From the NCBI GenBank assembly GCA_963749655.1, contig CAVVOB010000013.1, forward strand, positions 96,001-160,000: a DNA stretch of 64,000 nt. The letters are read 5' to 3'. Of the stretch, positions 9,802 through 20,850 are shown in pieces. The notes under the pieces are model-generated. The model had not been told where the DNA came from and made no database searches. It saw nothing but the letters and a program-made list of their open reading frames with translations. Origin of the DNA: Nitrospirota bacterium. GTDB taxonomy: Bacteria; Nitrospirota; UBA9217. The stretch's first letter is position 1. Each line of letters opens with the position of its first letter. Both the position numbers and the translations under genes were made by a program.

Positions 9802-11730
9802 TTATGCCCTTAACCCCTCCATGAACTTTGCGAATGTATCCCGTTCGTCCGTGATCCTGCATTTGGGAATGGACTTGAGGAACGACTTCCCGTAATTTTT
9901 CGTCATGATCCGGGAGTCGAGCACAGCCACGGCCCCTTTGTCGGTTTTAGTGCGGATAAGCCTTCCGAAGCCCTGGCGGAAGAGGAGCGTGGCCTGCGGG
10001 ACCTGGTATTCGACAAAGGGGTTCTTGAGCCGTTCCATGCGCGATTCGATGACGGGATCGTCGGGCACGGCAAAAGGCAGCTTGGCGATGACAACGCACT
10101 GGAGCGCATCGCCGGGAATGTCGATACCCTGCCAGAACGAGGCGGTCCCCATGAGAATGGCGTTCGGGGCCGCCTTGAACTGTTCGATCAGCCGGTACGC
10201 GGGCATTTCTCCCTGGCAGAGGAAGCCGAGGCCCGGCATGGTGCGGCGGGCCGTTACAGCGCTTTTCTTCAGCTGGCCGTAGCTCGTGAAGAGCACCATG
10301 GTCCTTCCGCGGGTCACGGTCAGAACCGCCCGCAGTTCCTCGTCAAAGCGCTCCTGATAGCCCGGCGCCTGCTGGTCTTCCAGTCCGGGCGCGATGTAGA
10401 GGAGGGACTGGTTTTCGAAATCAAAGGGCGAGTCCAGCAGCAGCTCGGCGGGCGTGTCCAGACCCAGCCGGCTTTTGACGTAGGTGAACGTCCTTCCTGC
10501 CGAGAGAGTGGCCGAGGTGAGCACCACGGTGCCGGTCCTGCCGAACAGTTCGTCCCTGAGGGTTTCCGCAACGTCGATGGGAGATGCCACGAGGCGGTAG
10601 CGCTGGCTCTCGCGTTCCGCCCAGTAAACGTACCCCTCCTCGCTCTGCATGAGATTGACGCGCACGGCCGTTGCCAGCGCCTGCGCCCTTGCCGCGAAGG
10701 CTTTGATCTCCATCTCCTCCTCCTGCGATTCGGCGGTCAGCGCGAGCAGCTCGTCCCGGAGCTCCATGAGCGGATCGCTCAGAATGTCCGGAACGATGCC
10801 CTTTTTTCTGATCCGTAGCGCCGGCTCCCTGGCAAGGAACGGGTGGAGATTGAGAAAAAAATTATCCGAAACGACCCTTAGGCCGTCTACCATGCCGCGC
10901 AATGCCTGGATGTTCTGTTCCTGGACAGTGAGCCGGGTGAGCAGCCCTTTGCGGGTGCGCTGTGAGAGGAGCGAGTCGAGGAGATAGCGGACCGAGAAGT
11001 TCGTGACCTCGATGCCGAGATAATCGGTCGCCACGTCCTCGACCTGGTGCGCCTCGTCGAACACGACGGCCTTGAACTGCGGGAGAACGTTGCCGTCTGC
11101 CGCCATGTTCGCAAAGAAGAGATGGTGGTTCGCGACGAGGACCTGGGCCTGTTGCTCGTACGCTTTCGCTTTCTGGTAGAAACAATCGCGGTAGAAAGAA
11201 CAGTCCTTCCCGAAACAGAGGTCCGCCTGGCGCGAGGCCTTGGCCCAGAGTCCGGACGGCGGTTCGATGTCCAGTTCGCTCCGCAGGCCGGCGCGCGTCA
11301 TGGCGGACCAGGCAAACAGGCGGTTCAGAGGTTCTATCTCGCCCTGTTCGTAAAGATTTCCTATGCGAAGATGGTCGAACCTGCGAAGGCAGAGGTAGTT
11401 TTCCCCTCCCACGCAGAGAGCATACCGAAAGTCGCCCAATACGGAGCGGAGAAAAGGGAGGTCCTTTTCCACGAGCTGCTGTTGAAGCGCTTTGGAATAC
11501 GTGGCCACCACGGCGCGGCAGTTTTCGCGGCGCGTCCAGAGGACCAGCGGAACAAGGTAGGCCATGCTTTTGCCGACGCCGGTGCCCGCTTCGACGATCA
11601 AATGGGTCCTGCTGTCGAGTGCCTGTTCAACCGCAGCGGCCATGTCGTGCTGTTGCGGTCGGTGCTCATAGGTCGATTTCATCGCCCTGCTTATCATGCC
11701 GGTCGGGCCGAAGATCCTCAGCGCGTTCAT
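9802..11730 (-). CDS. DinG/YoaA-family ATP-dependent DNA helicase
   Basis: EAGTGVGKS, NYLC, DEAH, TSATL, FWQGIDIPG, KLPF, QGFGRLIR. Confidence 0.93.
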   Translation of the reverse strand: MNALRIFGPTGMISRAMKSTYEHRPQQHDMAAAVEQALDSRTHLIVEAGTGVGKSMAYLVPLVLWTRRENCRAVVATYSKALQQQLVEKDLPFLRSVLGDFRYALCVGGENYLCLRRFDHLRIGNLYEQGEIEPLNRLFAWSAMTRAGLRSELDIEPPSGLWAKASRQADLCFGKDCSFYRDCFYQKAKAYEQQAQVLVANHHLFFANMAADGNVLPQFKAVVFDEAHQVEDVATDYLGIEVTNFSVRYLLDSLLSQRTRKGLLTRLTVQEQNIQALRGMVDGLRVVSDNFFLNLHPFLAREPALRIRKKGIVPDILSDPLMELRDELLALTAESQEEEMEIKAFAARAQALATAVRVNLMQSEEGYVYWAERESQRYRLVASPIDVAETLRDELFGRTGTVVLTSATLSAGRTFTYVKSRLGLDTPAELLLDSPFDFENQSLLYIAPGLEDQQAPGYQERFDEELRAVLTVTRGRTMVLFTSYGQLKKSAVTARRTMPGLGFLCQGEMPAYRLIEQFKAAPNAILMGTASFWQGIDIPGDALQCVVIAKLPFAVPDDPVIESRMERLKNPFVEYQVPQATLLFRQGFGRLIRTKTDKGAVAVLDSRIMTKNYGKSFLKSIPKCRITDERDTFAKFMEGLRA

Positions 11731-11842
11731 GGTGGCGTAGATTAACACGGAGGCAGGGAGAATGCAAATTCTCCTTGGATGACCCCGATTTTTTAGGGTT
11801 TTTGCCCTCTTTTTCTTGCACTAATCGGCATGATGTGTTACT

Positions 11843-12889
11843 ATGCGACGCTGTATGCGCACAGTCACGCCATTCATACTATTTTTCCTTCTGGTGTCCC
11901 TTCCGGCCGGCGCGTCGGACACGGGGCTGATCGTGAGGGGCGTTCGACACGCTTCCTATTCCGGGTTCACGCGCATCGTGTTCGAGATAGAGACCGCCGG
12001 ACCTTACGTTCTGACGCGGTCGCAGGACGGGCGCAGCCTCATGCTGAGCTCCTATGAGGGTGCGTTCGTGCTCAAATCGCCGCTTCCTCCGGTCCATGAC
12101 AGCCTGGTGGACAGCCTTGAGCCCTGGGAAGAGGGGGGACGGACCTATGCCGTCATCCGCCTGGCACAGGCAGGCGGGGAAGTGAAGGACTTTACCCTGC
12201 GCAACCCCAACCGGATCGTGCTGGACATCGCGAAGAGGGGGACTGTTGCGGCAGGCCAGGCGCCTGCGGGCGCGGGGGGCAAGCCCGTCGTTGTCGTCCT
12301 CGACCCCGGGCACGGAGGCAAGGACACAGGTCTCCTGACCGGTGAAGGGCTTGAGAAGGCCATTGATCTGGAGCTTGCCTCGGCGATAAGAAGAATCCTG
12401 CGCAAGAATGAGCGCCTGAAGACGATTTTGACCCGGGAGAGGGATCAGACCCTCGCCCTTGACGAGCGGGCGGCTCTGGCCAACACGGCAGGAGCCGCGG
12501 TTTACGTGAGTATTCATTCTTCGCCGGGGGGGGCTGCTCGCGTTTATATTCAGGACCTGGCGGATGACGCCGACGGGGCCGCCCTGCAGAACCGGACAGC
12601 ACCGGCGACCGGAGATTTTCTCAGCTATGAGGCCGGCAGCGAACAGCAGGCGATTTCGTGGGGCAAACAGCAGGCGGCGCATGCGCAGCAAAGCGGCGGA
12701 CTGGGCAGGATCATCGCGCGCAGGCTTTCGGGAACGGACAATGCCGAGCCCCAGCAGGCGCCGCTCGCCGGCTTGAGGGCCGTCGATGCCGCGGCCGTCA
12801 TGGTGGAACTCGGCACTGCCTTCGATCGCGAACGTGCGGCCAGGGAAATTGCCGCGGGGGTGGAGCAGTATGTCATGGACGCACGATAG
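11843..12889 (+). CDS. N-acetylmuramoyl-L-alanine amidase (AMIN-like + Amidase_3)
   Basis: Signal peptide, TRIVFE, PNRIVLDI, VVLDPGHGGKD, VSIH, VMVELG. Start may be 11858. Confidence 0.88.
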   Translation: MRRCMRTVTPFILFFLLVSLPAGASDTGLIVRGVRHASYSGFTRIVFEIETAGPYVLTRSQDGRSLMLSSYEGAFVLKSPLPPVHDSLVDSLEPWEEGGRTYAVIRLAQAGGEVKDFTLRNPNRIVLDIAKRGTVAAGQAPAGAGGKPVVVVLDPGHGGKDTGLLTGEGLEKAIDLELASAIRRILRKNERLKTILTRERDQTLALDERAALANTAGAAVYVSIHSSPGGAARVYIQDLADDADGAALQNRTAPATGDFLSYEAGSEQQAISWGKQQAAHAQQSGGLGRIIARRLSGTDNAEPQQAPLAGLRAVDAAAVMVELGTAFDRERAAREIAAGVEQYVMDAR

Positions 12890-13463
12890 ATCGATCCAGA
12901 ACAATCATCTGGTTCTCCTGGTCGTGCTCGTATTCGGTATCGCCGCGGCAGGGGGCTACTATTTCTGGTCGCACCGGGAAGCGCGGGAGAGTGCGCAGAA
13001 TCAGCCGCAGAGCGGGAATTCCGTCATTCAACCCGCGTTCCGGAATGAACCGCTCACGGTGACATTCTATTATCCGCTTGCAGGCATGCTGGCGTCCGCG
13101 CCCGCGCCGGCAAAACGGCAGCCGGACACCCAGGCGCAGGCGGGCGAAGCTCTTGCCGTCATCTTCACGGACCCGCGCGCAGCGCAGGCGGACGTGATCA
13201 GGGACCTCAAGGTGGCGGCCTTCTTTCTTGACGCGCGGGGAACGGCGTATGTGGACCTTGCCGTCGGCCAGCCCCAGGGCATCAGGGCTTCGGCGTGGGA
13301 TGAAGAGCTTGCGATCTATGCCATGGTGAACACCCTCATGCAGAATTTCGAGGACGTCAAGCAGGTCACCTTTCTCCTCGACGGCAGAGAGGCCGCGACC
13401 CTCGCGGGGCATATGGACCTTGCGAGGACTTACACGAAAAGGATGGACCTGGTGAAGCAGTAA
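12870..13463 (+). CDS. GerMN-domain membrane protein
   Basis: TM segment, AYVDL, EELAIYAMVNTL, TLAGHMDL; lies between the amidase and murI. Confidence 0.85.
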   Translation: MSWTHDRSIQNNHLVLLVVLVFGIAAAGGYYFWSHREARESAQNQPQSGNSVIQPAFRNEPLTVTFYYPLAGMLASAPAPAKRQPDTQAQAGEALAVIFTDPRAAQADVIRDLKVAAFFLDARGTAYVDLAVGQPQGIRASAWDEELAIYAMVNTLMQNFEDVKQVTFLLDGREAATLAGHMDLARTYTKRMDLVKQ

Positions 13464-13538
13464 GCGGCGATTCGTTTCCTGCCGCCCGCCGGCGAGCCGG
13501 GAAACCGAAACCGGTGACTGCTTCGCAATTTTTTACCT

Positions 13539-14342
13539 ATGCAAAAAGCGATCGGCATATTCGATTCCGGCATCGGCGGCCTTACGGTGCTGAAGGAAAT
13601 CATGGCCACCTTGCCCGATGAGAACACCATTTATCTCGGCGATACGGCCAGGGTCCCCTACGGCATCCGTTCTCCCGAGACCGTGACGCGCTACAGCTTC
13701 GAGAACACGCAATTCCTGTTGGCGCAGGAAATCAAGATCCTCGTCGTAGCGTGCAATACGGCGTCAGCCATCAGCCTCGAGGCGGTGAAAAAGGAGTTTC
13801 CACTGCCGGTAATCGGCGTGCTCGACCCGGGAGCGCGCGCGGCCGTGGCGGCAACGAAGGCCGGAAAGGTCGGCGTCATCGGCACCGAGGCCACCATCAT
13901 GAGCGGCGCCTACGAAAAAGCCATTCGGAAACTCGCGCCGGACGTGGAAGTGCACAGCCTGGCCTGTCCGCTCTTCGTATCCCTGGCGGAGGAGGGGTGG
14001 ACCGACAATGATGTGGCAAAGCTCGTGGCGGAAAAGTATCTCGCGCCGCTGCGGGGCACCGGCATCGACTCGCTGGTGCTGGGCTGCACGCATTATCCCC
14101 TGCTCAAGTCGGTGATCGGCGGCGCCGTAGGGCCGGGGATCACGCTGATCGATTCCGCCCGGGAAACGGCAAAGGAAGTGTCCGACGTTCTTGAAAAACT
14201 CAGGTGGAAAGCGGACGGGAGGGACGGGAGCGTGCGGAAATTTTACGTGACCGACACCCCGACCCGTTTTGACAGGATCGGCACGCGGTTTCTCGGCCAG
14301 GCGCATCTCCACGCCGAACAGGTCCGTGTCGGGGGCATGTAG
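13539..14342 (+). CDS. murI: Glutamate racemase
   Basis: IGIFDSGIGGLTV, GDTARVPYG, ACNTAS, LGCTHYP. Confidence 0.97.
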   Translation: MQKAIGIFDSGIGGLTVLKEIMATLPDENTIYLGDTARVPYGIRSPETVTRYSFENTQFLLAQEIKILVVACNTASAISLEAVKKEFPLPVIGVLDPGARAAVAATKAGKVGVIGTEATIMSGAYEKAIRKLAPDVEVHSLACPLFVSLAEEGWTDNDVAKLVAEKYLAPLRGTGIDSLVLGCTHYPLLKSVIGGAVGPGITLIDSARETAKEVSDVLEKLRWKADGRDGSVRKFYVTDTPTRFDRIGTRFLGQAHLHAEQVRVGGM

Positions 14343-14430
14343 CGCCGCTTGCGCAGTATACGCAGGACCGCCTCCGCCGCACCCCTTTGCCCGGGAAGGG
14401 CGTATCAGGACATATCCCGATGAGGTGATC

Positions 14431-15312
14431 ATGAAAAAGCAGGAATGCCAGCAGACCAGAAAGAAGCTTGATCGATATCTGCATGGCCACGTCTTTGCCA
14501 CCGAGCGGGCCAGGATCGGCAAGCATCTGAGCCAGTGCGTCATCTGCCGCTCCGAATTCGAAGCGCTCAAGAGGACGGAGGAAACGCGGCAGATCCTCAA
14601 GGACATCCATGCGTCCGACGGTGTTGTCGGCAGGGTGCAGGACGGTGTCTCCGCGCTCGCCAAGGTAAAGAAGGTTCTCTACCGGCCGCTTTGGATCGCC
14701 GGAATTGTTTTGGCGGCCGGCGCGGTCTACTATTATGCCATGAAACCGAGACAGCTGGACATCGAGATTGAGAACATAGTGAAAAGCGGACCTGCGACAT
14801 CGCCGTCAGCGACCGTTGCGTCGGCGACCCCCCCGGCCCCGGAGCCGCCGGCAGCAAAGCCTGCGACGCCGGCCCCGGCGAACAATGTCCGTCCGCAGAC
14901 TCCTCCCCCGGCTCCTGCGCCGATTCCTGAGCCGCTTGTCGTCACGCTCAAGCCGGAAAATGATACGACTGCAGTTCGCAGGATCAACGAGGTTCTGCGC
15001 GGACACGGACAGCTTCGGACCCTGAAATTCAGCGAAACGGTCAAGGAGGTTGCGGGCAGTCTGACCGCCAAGGAACTGCTGACTTTTTTTGACCGCATCG
15101 GAAGCGCCGCCTCGGTCAGTTACAGCCGCAAACGGATGGAGTCGTTTCCGGCCACGCAGCCGATCCCCTTTGTCCTCAAACTGAAGGCAGCGCCCAAAGT
15201 CCCGGCCGTCAGTGCGGCTGAACCGGCCGCAGCAAAGCCCGAACCGGCGTCGGCGGAAAACAGGGTTCCCTCCGCAGCGTCGTCCGCACCCACGGTCTCG
15301 GCCGTCCCCTGA
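14431..15312 (+). CDS. zf-HC2 (anti-sigma-like) membrane protein with Pro/Ala-rich linker
   Basis: GAGGTG RBS; C...HLSQCVIC; one TM; PAP-rich linker. Confidence 0.75.
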   Translation: MKKQECQQTRKKLDRYLHGHVFATERARIGKHLSQCVICRSEFEALKRTEETRQILKDIHASDGVVGRVQDGVSALAKVKKVLYRPLWIAGIVLAAGAVYYYAMKPRQLDIEIENIVKSGPATSPSATVASATPPAPEPPAAKPATPAPANNVRPQTPPPAPAPIPEPLVVTLKPENDTTAVRRINEVLRGHGQLRTLKFSETVKEVAGSLTAKELLTFFDRIGSAASVSYSRKRMESFPATQPIPFVLKLKAAPKVPAVSAAEPAAAKPEPASAENRVPSAASSAPTVSAVP

Positions 15313-15364
15313 TGCTGCCGGATACCCCTGAGGCAGGTGCAACGCTGACCACGAGGAACGTTCA

Positions 15365-16727
15365 TTGACGAGTATGGCCCCTCATCCGTTATATCAGGAC
15401 ACCATAGAGTATCTCTTTGCGCTCCAGAAACACGGGATCAAGCTGGGGTTGTCCAACAGCGTGCAGATCCTGGACCGGCTGGGCAATCCCCACAGAAAAT
15501 TCCGGACCGTCCATGTCGCGGGCACGAACGGCAAGGGATCGACCTCGGTGTTCATCGCGGAGATGCTCAGGGCCGCCGGCTACCGCGTCGGCCTGTACAC
15601 CTCCCCCCACCTGGTTGACTTCAGCGAGCGGATCAGGGTCAACAATGTCCCGGTGCCGGAAGCAGAAGTCGTGGAGCTGGCGCAGCAGGTGAGGGAGGAA
15701 TGCAGGCGTACGGCGGCTGCCGACGGATCGGGCCCCATTCAGCCCACGTTCTTCGAGGTAACGACGGCGATTGCGTTCCTCTATTTCGCCCGGCAAGGCG
15801 TTGATATCGCCGTCGTCGAAGTCGGCATGGGCGGCCGCTGCGACTCGACGAACGTTATTTCCCCCCTCGTATCGGTCATCACCAACATCGACATCGAACA
15901 TACCGAGTTTCTCGGCGACACCCTGGAGCGGATCGCGGGCGAAAAGGCCGGCATCATCAAACAGGGGGCTCCGGTCGTGACCGGGGCGGCCCAGCAGGAA
16001 GTCCTCGCGGTGTTCGAGCGCGAAGCCGGCGTCAAGGGGACGCGTGTGCTTCGTCTGGGCCGAGAATTCGCGGTCTCGGCGGAAAGCTCCTCCGGGGACG
16101 GCCAGGTCTTTACGTACCGTGGAACGGTCGCGCACTACAGCGCCCTGCGCATTCGCCTGCTCGGCAGGCATCAGCTTGAGAACGCCGGCCTGGCGCTTGC
16201 GGCTGTTGAATGCCTGCGCGGCGCCGGCGTGGCCGTCGACGAGGCCGCGGTGCGGTCCGGGCTGGCGCAGGCCCGATGGGAAGGCCGGCTGGAACGCATG
16301 AGCGCGAAATCCCGATATCTTTCTGGACGGCGCCCACAACCCCGCGTCTGCGCGCAGGCTCGTTGCGGCTGTGCGGGAACTCATGCCCGGTTACCGGAAG
16401 CTTATCCTGATCATCGGGATCCTGGGAGACAAGGACTATCGGGGAATCGTGCGCGAGCTCGTTCCCCTTGCAGCGACGGTCGTGGCAACCAGGCCCCGTT
16501 ATGCACGGGCGCTGGATGTCGAGTCGCTCTGCACTGAAATCCGGAAGCACCACGGCTCGGTCGTTCCAGCAGATTCCGTGGGCGAGGCCATCGTCGCAGC
16601 GCGGGAGTCGGCTGCGCCCGGCGACGTGATCCTCGTGACGGGATCCCTGTATGTCGTGGGAGACGCACGGGCATTTCTTTCCCAGGACTCCGCGAAGGGC
16701 TCAGCCCTGCGGGATCTCACCGGGTAG
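15365..16727 (+). CDS. folC: Folylpolyglutamate/dihydrofolate synthase (one +1 frameshift near 16307)
   Basis: HVAGTNGKGS, YTSPHL, EVGMGG, WEGRLE. Removing one A from GCGAAAT restores ANPDIFLDGAHNP and the C-terminal VTGSLYVVG. Confidence 0.93.
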
Positions 16728-16786
16728 GGCGGGATGGGCGCGGCCATGGATCACAGGGAAAAACAGGGGGCGATGAAGGAACAGAT

Positions 16787-18811
16787 ATGACGGACCGGCG
16801 CATGCTCATGATGTCCCTTGCCGTTTTGATCGGCCTCTCGTTCACTACGTCGGCCCCCGCTCGCGAACAGACGCTTCCGGTGAAAATTCCCGTTACCGTC
16901 AACGCCGACAATCTCGATTACGACCGGACCAATGATGTCTATACCGCCACCGGCCATGTGAAGATCGAGCAGGAAAACATCAAGCTTGAGGCCGAGAAGG
17001 TCGTCCTGAACAACAAAACGGGAGAGGCCCTGGCTGAAGGCAAGGTATACCTGCAGGATCAGGACGATGTGGTGCACGCCGACAAACTGCGGGTCAACCT
17101 GAACACGGGCAATGGCGTCGTGTACCGCGGCGACCTGTTCATGAAAAAAGATAATTATCATCTGAGCGGCGACGTCATCGAGCGGCGGTCCGAGACCGTT
17201 TACCGCGTCGAGCACGGGACATTCACGACGTGCGACGAAAAGGACTGGTTCATCAGGGCCGATGAAATGAACATCGATATGGCCCGCTACGCAACCGGAA
17301 ACGGCGTCTCCCTCAATATGGGAGGCGTGCCGGTGTTCTACACGCCCTATTTTCTTTTTCCCGTGCGCCGGCAGACGGGTCTGCTGATCCCGGAACCAGG
17401 TACGAGCAGCAAAGACGGCTTTTTCATCCAGAACGCCTTTTTCTGGGCAATTTCGGACAATACGGACATGACGCTCTATTCCGACTACCGTGAGCGGACC
17501 GGCCACGGCACCGGCGTCGAATACCGGTACAACAATTCGCGGGAATCGGCAGGACAGGCCTACGCCAAGGTATGGGACCTCTATAATTCCGGTGAAAACC
17601 GGTGGGAGTTCCGGTTTCAGCACCGCGAGGAGTTTGCCGAGGACCTTTCCGCCCGTGCGGACATCAACCTGGTCAGCGATGAGCATTATTATTCCGATCT
17701 CGACAAGTCGCTGGAGATGCGGTCCATGACCTATATCGATTCGAACGCCTTTTTTGTGGAGCGGTGGGACACGGCATCGCTGTATCTCCTGAGCCAGTAT
17801 TCCACCGATCTCACCACGACAAATGGAGCGACGGTCCAGAAGCTGCCGGAGCTCCGCTATACGATCTATGAAGAGCAACTTGCCGGGCCCTTTCATCTTA
17901 ATTTTGAGGGATCAGCCACCAACTTTTCAAAAGAGACGGAGGACGGCGTGCGCCGGGCTGATTTCAACCCCCAGCTGAGCGCGGCTTTCGGCCACGGCGG
18001 CCTCAGCTTTGTTCCGCGTGCCGGCGTGCGTGCGACCTTTTATGATCGCAGTGCGTCAAGCGTGGAGCCGACAGAGCGAAAGTACGCCTATGCCGCCATG
18101 GACATCAATGCCCGCGTCTCGCAGGTCTTCCGTCAGGACGGCGACGCCGGGATCGGACGGGTCCGCCACTCGATCGAGCCTACCCTGTCGTACACCTACA
18201 TCCCCTATATAGACCAGGGGGACATTCCGAAGCTCGATTCAGTGGATTCCGTGTCGGCGCAGAACGTGATGTCCTATTCCGTGACCAACCGTTTAACGGC
18301 GCATTACAAGGAATCGAAGGACGCAAAGGAGTACTCGACCTTCGATCTGATGGTGTTCAAGCTGTCCCAGTCCTACGATCTGAACCTGGCGACGTCGAGT
18401 ACGAGCACGGCCCATTCCCGGTCCGACATCACGGGGGAGCTGTATATCAAGACCCCGAAACGATACACGCTTTCGGCCACCGCTACCTATGACACCTATA
18501 ACCGGTTGCTGTCCTCGCACTCGATCGGCGCCACCCTGACCACGGACGCGGTTACCCTGAATCTCACCGAACAGTTCCTGTATGATCCGGCAACCTATTA
18601 TCTGATCGGAGGGGGTGCTTTGAAGCTGGGCAAGTGGGACCTGAGCGCCGAGATGTGGCGGGACATCGAGAACAAGAAGACGACCCAGGAGGAGTACAAG
18701 GCGCATTACGCATCCCAGTGCTGGGGGATAGGCTTCTCCCACGTAGTCAAGCCCGGGGAGACCCAATGGAAGGTGCTGGTGGACCTGAAAGGCTTCGGCG
18801 GCAACAAGTAA
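16787..18811 (+). CDS. lptD: LPS-assembly protein LptD
   Basis: Signal peptide, OstA-like VTVNADNLDY, TFTTCD, PVFYTPY, beta-barrel, QCWGI. Confidence 0.9.
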   Translation: MTDRRMLMMSLAVLIGLSFTTSAPAREQTLPVKIPVTVNADNLDYDRTNDVYTATGHVKIEQENIKLEAEKVVLNNKTGEALAEGKVYLQDQDDVVHADKLRVNLNTGNGVVYRGDLFMKKDNYHLSGDVIERRSETVYRVEHGTFTTCDEKDWFIRADEMNIDMARYATGNGVSLNMGGVPVFYTPYFLFPVRRQTGLLIPEPGTSSKDGFFIQNAFFWAISDNTDMTLYSDYRERTGHGTGVEYRYNNSRESAGQAYAKVWDLYNSGENRWEFRFQHREEFAEDLSARADINLVSDEHYYSDLDKSLEMRSMTYIDSNAFFVERWDTASLYLLSQYSTDLTTTNGATVQKLPELRYTIYEEQLAGPFHLNFEGSATNFSKETEDGVRRADFNPQLSAAFGHGGLSFVPRAGVRATFYDRSASSVEPTERKYAYAAMDINARVSQVFRQDGDAGIGRVRHSIEPTLSYTYIPYIDQGDIPKLDSVDSVSAQNVMSYSVTNRLTAHYKESKDAKEYSTFDLMVFKLSQSYDLNLATSSTSTAHSRSDITGELYIKTPKRYTLSATATYDTYNRLLSSHSIGATLTTDAVTLNLTEQFLYDPATYYLIGGGALKLGKWDLSAEMWRDIENKKTTQEEYKAHYASQCWGIGFSHVVKPGETQWKVLVDLKGFGGNK

Positions 18812-18828
18812 GGGGCAGGAGGGCGGAC

Positions 18829-19149
18829 ATGGCCGGTGAAATCGTCGTATTCATAACAGCGTCCTCGCCGGACGAGGCGGAAAAAATAGCGCGCGCCCTT
18901 GTTGACGGGCATCTTATCGCCTGTGCGAACATCCTCTCCGGCGTGCGCTCGATCTTTTTCTGGGACGGGAAAACGCAGGACGGGCAGGAGACGCTCCTGA
19001 TCTGCAAGACCAGGCAGCCGCTCCTGGACAGGGTTATCGAGCAGGTCAAGACGCTCCATTCCTATTCCGTGCCCGAGGTGATCGCCCTCCCGGTCGCGGG
19101 AGGATCTCCTGAATATCTCTCCTGGCTGAATGAGACAACGGGGGCCTGA
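18829..19149 (+). CDS. cutA: Divalent-cation tolerance protein CutA
   Basis: LIACANI, SIFFW, HSYSVPEVIALP, YLSWL. Confidence 0.93.
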   Translation: MAGEIVVFITASSPDEAEKIARALVDGHLIACANILSGVRSIFFWDGKTQDGQETLLICKTRQPLLDRVIEQVKTLHSYSVPEVIALPVAGGSPEYLSWLNETTGA

Positions 19150-19202
19150 GGTCGATGAGCCTTCGAAGGGTGTACCCGTCTTCGGGCATCGACCATATTC
19201 TA

Positions 19203-19231
19203 TTGACAAGACCACATTTTGCTGGTATCCT
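19203..19231 (+). promoter_or_regulatory. sigma70-type promoter upstream of the GGDEF gene
   Basis: TTGACA-17 nt-TATCCT. Confidence 0.55.
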
Positions 19232-19324
19232 TTCATTCTCTTTGCCTGATTCCTATCACCATCGTGAAGCCTGCCAGTCGAGGCGGGCCGGCAGACACGA
19301 TGACGGCAGGAGTTCCACCTCTCA

Positions 19325-20713
19325 ATGTCCATGAGACTACCCGAGATTTCTTCCATTCTGGATTTCCTGACGCCCCATCGCCTTTTTGCGAGACTGCCGA
19401 TAGCCAGCAAGATGCTCATGGGCTATTCGACCCTCGTCGTCATGACCGTCGTCGTCGTGGTCTACGTGCTCCTGAGCCTTCAGCGCCTCAATTCCCTGAA
19501 CCGCAACATCGTCATGGTGGACATTCCGGTCCAGGAAGCGGCTGATACCATGATCGACGCAATGCTTGCCCAGGATATGTACGAGAAAAGGTACCTGATT
19601 CTGTCGGGCGATGACATGCGCGGGCTTTTCACGAAACGGGGGAAGGAGTTTTCCGGTGCGCTCGCATCGTTGCGTCAGCGCCCGGAAACAACGGGCCGCA
19701 GGATCGAGATCATCGGCAGACTGTACGAATCCTATTCCGCGCTGTTCCAGCGCGAGGTCAGGCTGATCCGGGCGGGGAAACCGGACGTCGCGGCAGCCCT
19801 GTCGAACGGCGAAATGAAACGTACTTTTGAAAAGCTCGTCGCGGAGATCCACGCGTTGTCGACCGAAGCCAAAAAGTCCCAGGAAATGAAAATGGACAGG
19901 ATCAGCCGGATCGGAACGACGGCGTTTTTCACCACGGCGGGCCTCTGCATCCTGGGCATCGTCCTGGGGGGCCTTTCGAGCATGGTGGTCATGCGCCACG
20001 TCCTGTCTTCCATCAACAAACTGACCGTTGCGACGACGCACATCGCCGAGGGCGACTTCCGGTACGATCCCCGCATCGAAACCAGGGACGAGGTCGGCGG
20101 CCTGGCCGAATCATTTCTTTCCATGGGCCAGAGACTCGGAAAACTGGAAGAGATGTACCTCGATGCGAGCCCCCTTACGCGCCTCCCGGGGGGGATTGCC
20201 ATTGAAAATGTCCTGAAGCGGCGGATCGGATCGGGCGACTTCTTCGCCTTTTGCGTCATCGACCTGGACAACTTTAAGGCCTTCAACGACCACTACGGTT
20301 ATGCGCACGGAAACGAGGTGATCAGGGATACGGCGAAATTGATCGAGACGGCGGTCAAGGCGAAGGGATCCCCGGAAGACTTTGTCGGGCACGTCGGCGG
20401 CGATGATTTCGTGGTTATTACGACCCCGAAGCTGATGCGCGAAGTGTGCAATGAGATCATCCGGCTGTTCGACGCCGGCATTCCGCTCTATTACAGCGAG
20501 CAAGACCGGCAGAACGGTTTTATTATCGGCAAGAGCCGGCAAGGGGAGGAAATGCGGTTTCCTCTCATGACCCTTTCCATAGCGATCGTCACCAACGAAC
20601 AGCGCCGGTTCGTCGATCCCCTGGAAGCATCGGAAATCGCGGCCGAGCTCAAGGATTACGCAAAAACAATTCCCTCAAGCCTGTATGTCGTTGATAAGAG
20701 AAGAACGGGGTGA
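19325..20713 (+). CDS. Membrane sensor-HAMP-GGDEF diguanylate cyclase (GGDDF variant)
   Basis: Two TMs around a helical sensor, HAMP RDEVGGLA, PLTRLPG, IDLDNFKAFNDHYG, GHVGGDDF. Confidence 0.9.
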   Translation: MSMRLPEISSILDFLTPHRLFARLPIASKMLMGYSTLVVMTVVVVVYVLLSLQRLNSLNRNIVMVDIPVQEAADTMIDAMLAQDMYEKRYLILSGDDMRGLFTKRGKEFSGALASLRQRPETTGRRIEIIGRLYESYSALFQREVRLIRAGKPDVAAALSNGEMKRTFEKLVAEIHALSTEAKKSQEMKMDRISRIGTTAFFTTAGLCILGIVLGGLSSMVVMRHVLSSINKLTVATTHIAEGDFRYDPRIETRDEVGGLAESFLSMGQRLGKLEEMYLDASPLTRLPGGIAIENVLKRRIGSGDFFAFCVIDLDNFKAFNDHYGYAHGNEVIRDTAKLIETAVKAKGSPEDFVGHVGGDDFVVITTPKLMREVCNEIIRLFDAGIPLYYSEQDRQNGFIIGKSRQGEEMRFPLMTLSIAIVTNEQRRFVDPLEASEIAAELKDYAKTIPSSLYVVDKRRTG

Positions 20714-20757
20714 TTGCCGGAAGTGAATCGGGGCCGTATCCTCATGGCCAGTCCCTA

Positions 20758-20850
20758 ACCGCAGAAGTCGCAGAATACGCAGAAAGAGATAATAATTCAC
20801 AGATCAATTACTACTCGTGTATTTTTGCGTTAATCTGCGCATTCTGCGGT
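20758..20850. repeat. 9-mer-based inverted-repeat element
   Basis: ACCGCAGAAGT CGCAGAATA CGCAGAAAG ... TTTTTGCG TTAATCTGCG CATTCTGCGGT. Confidence 0.7.
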
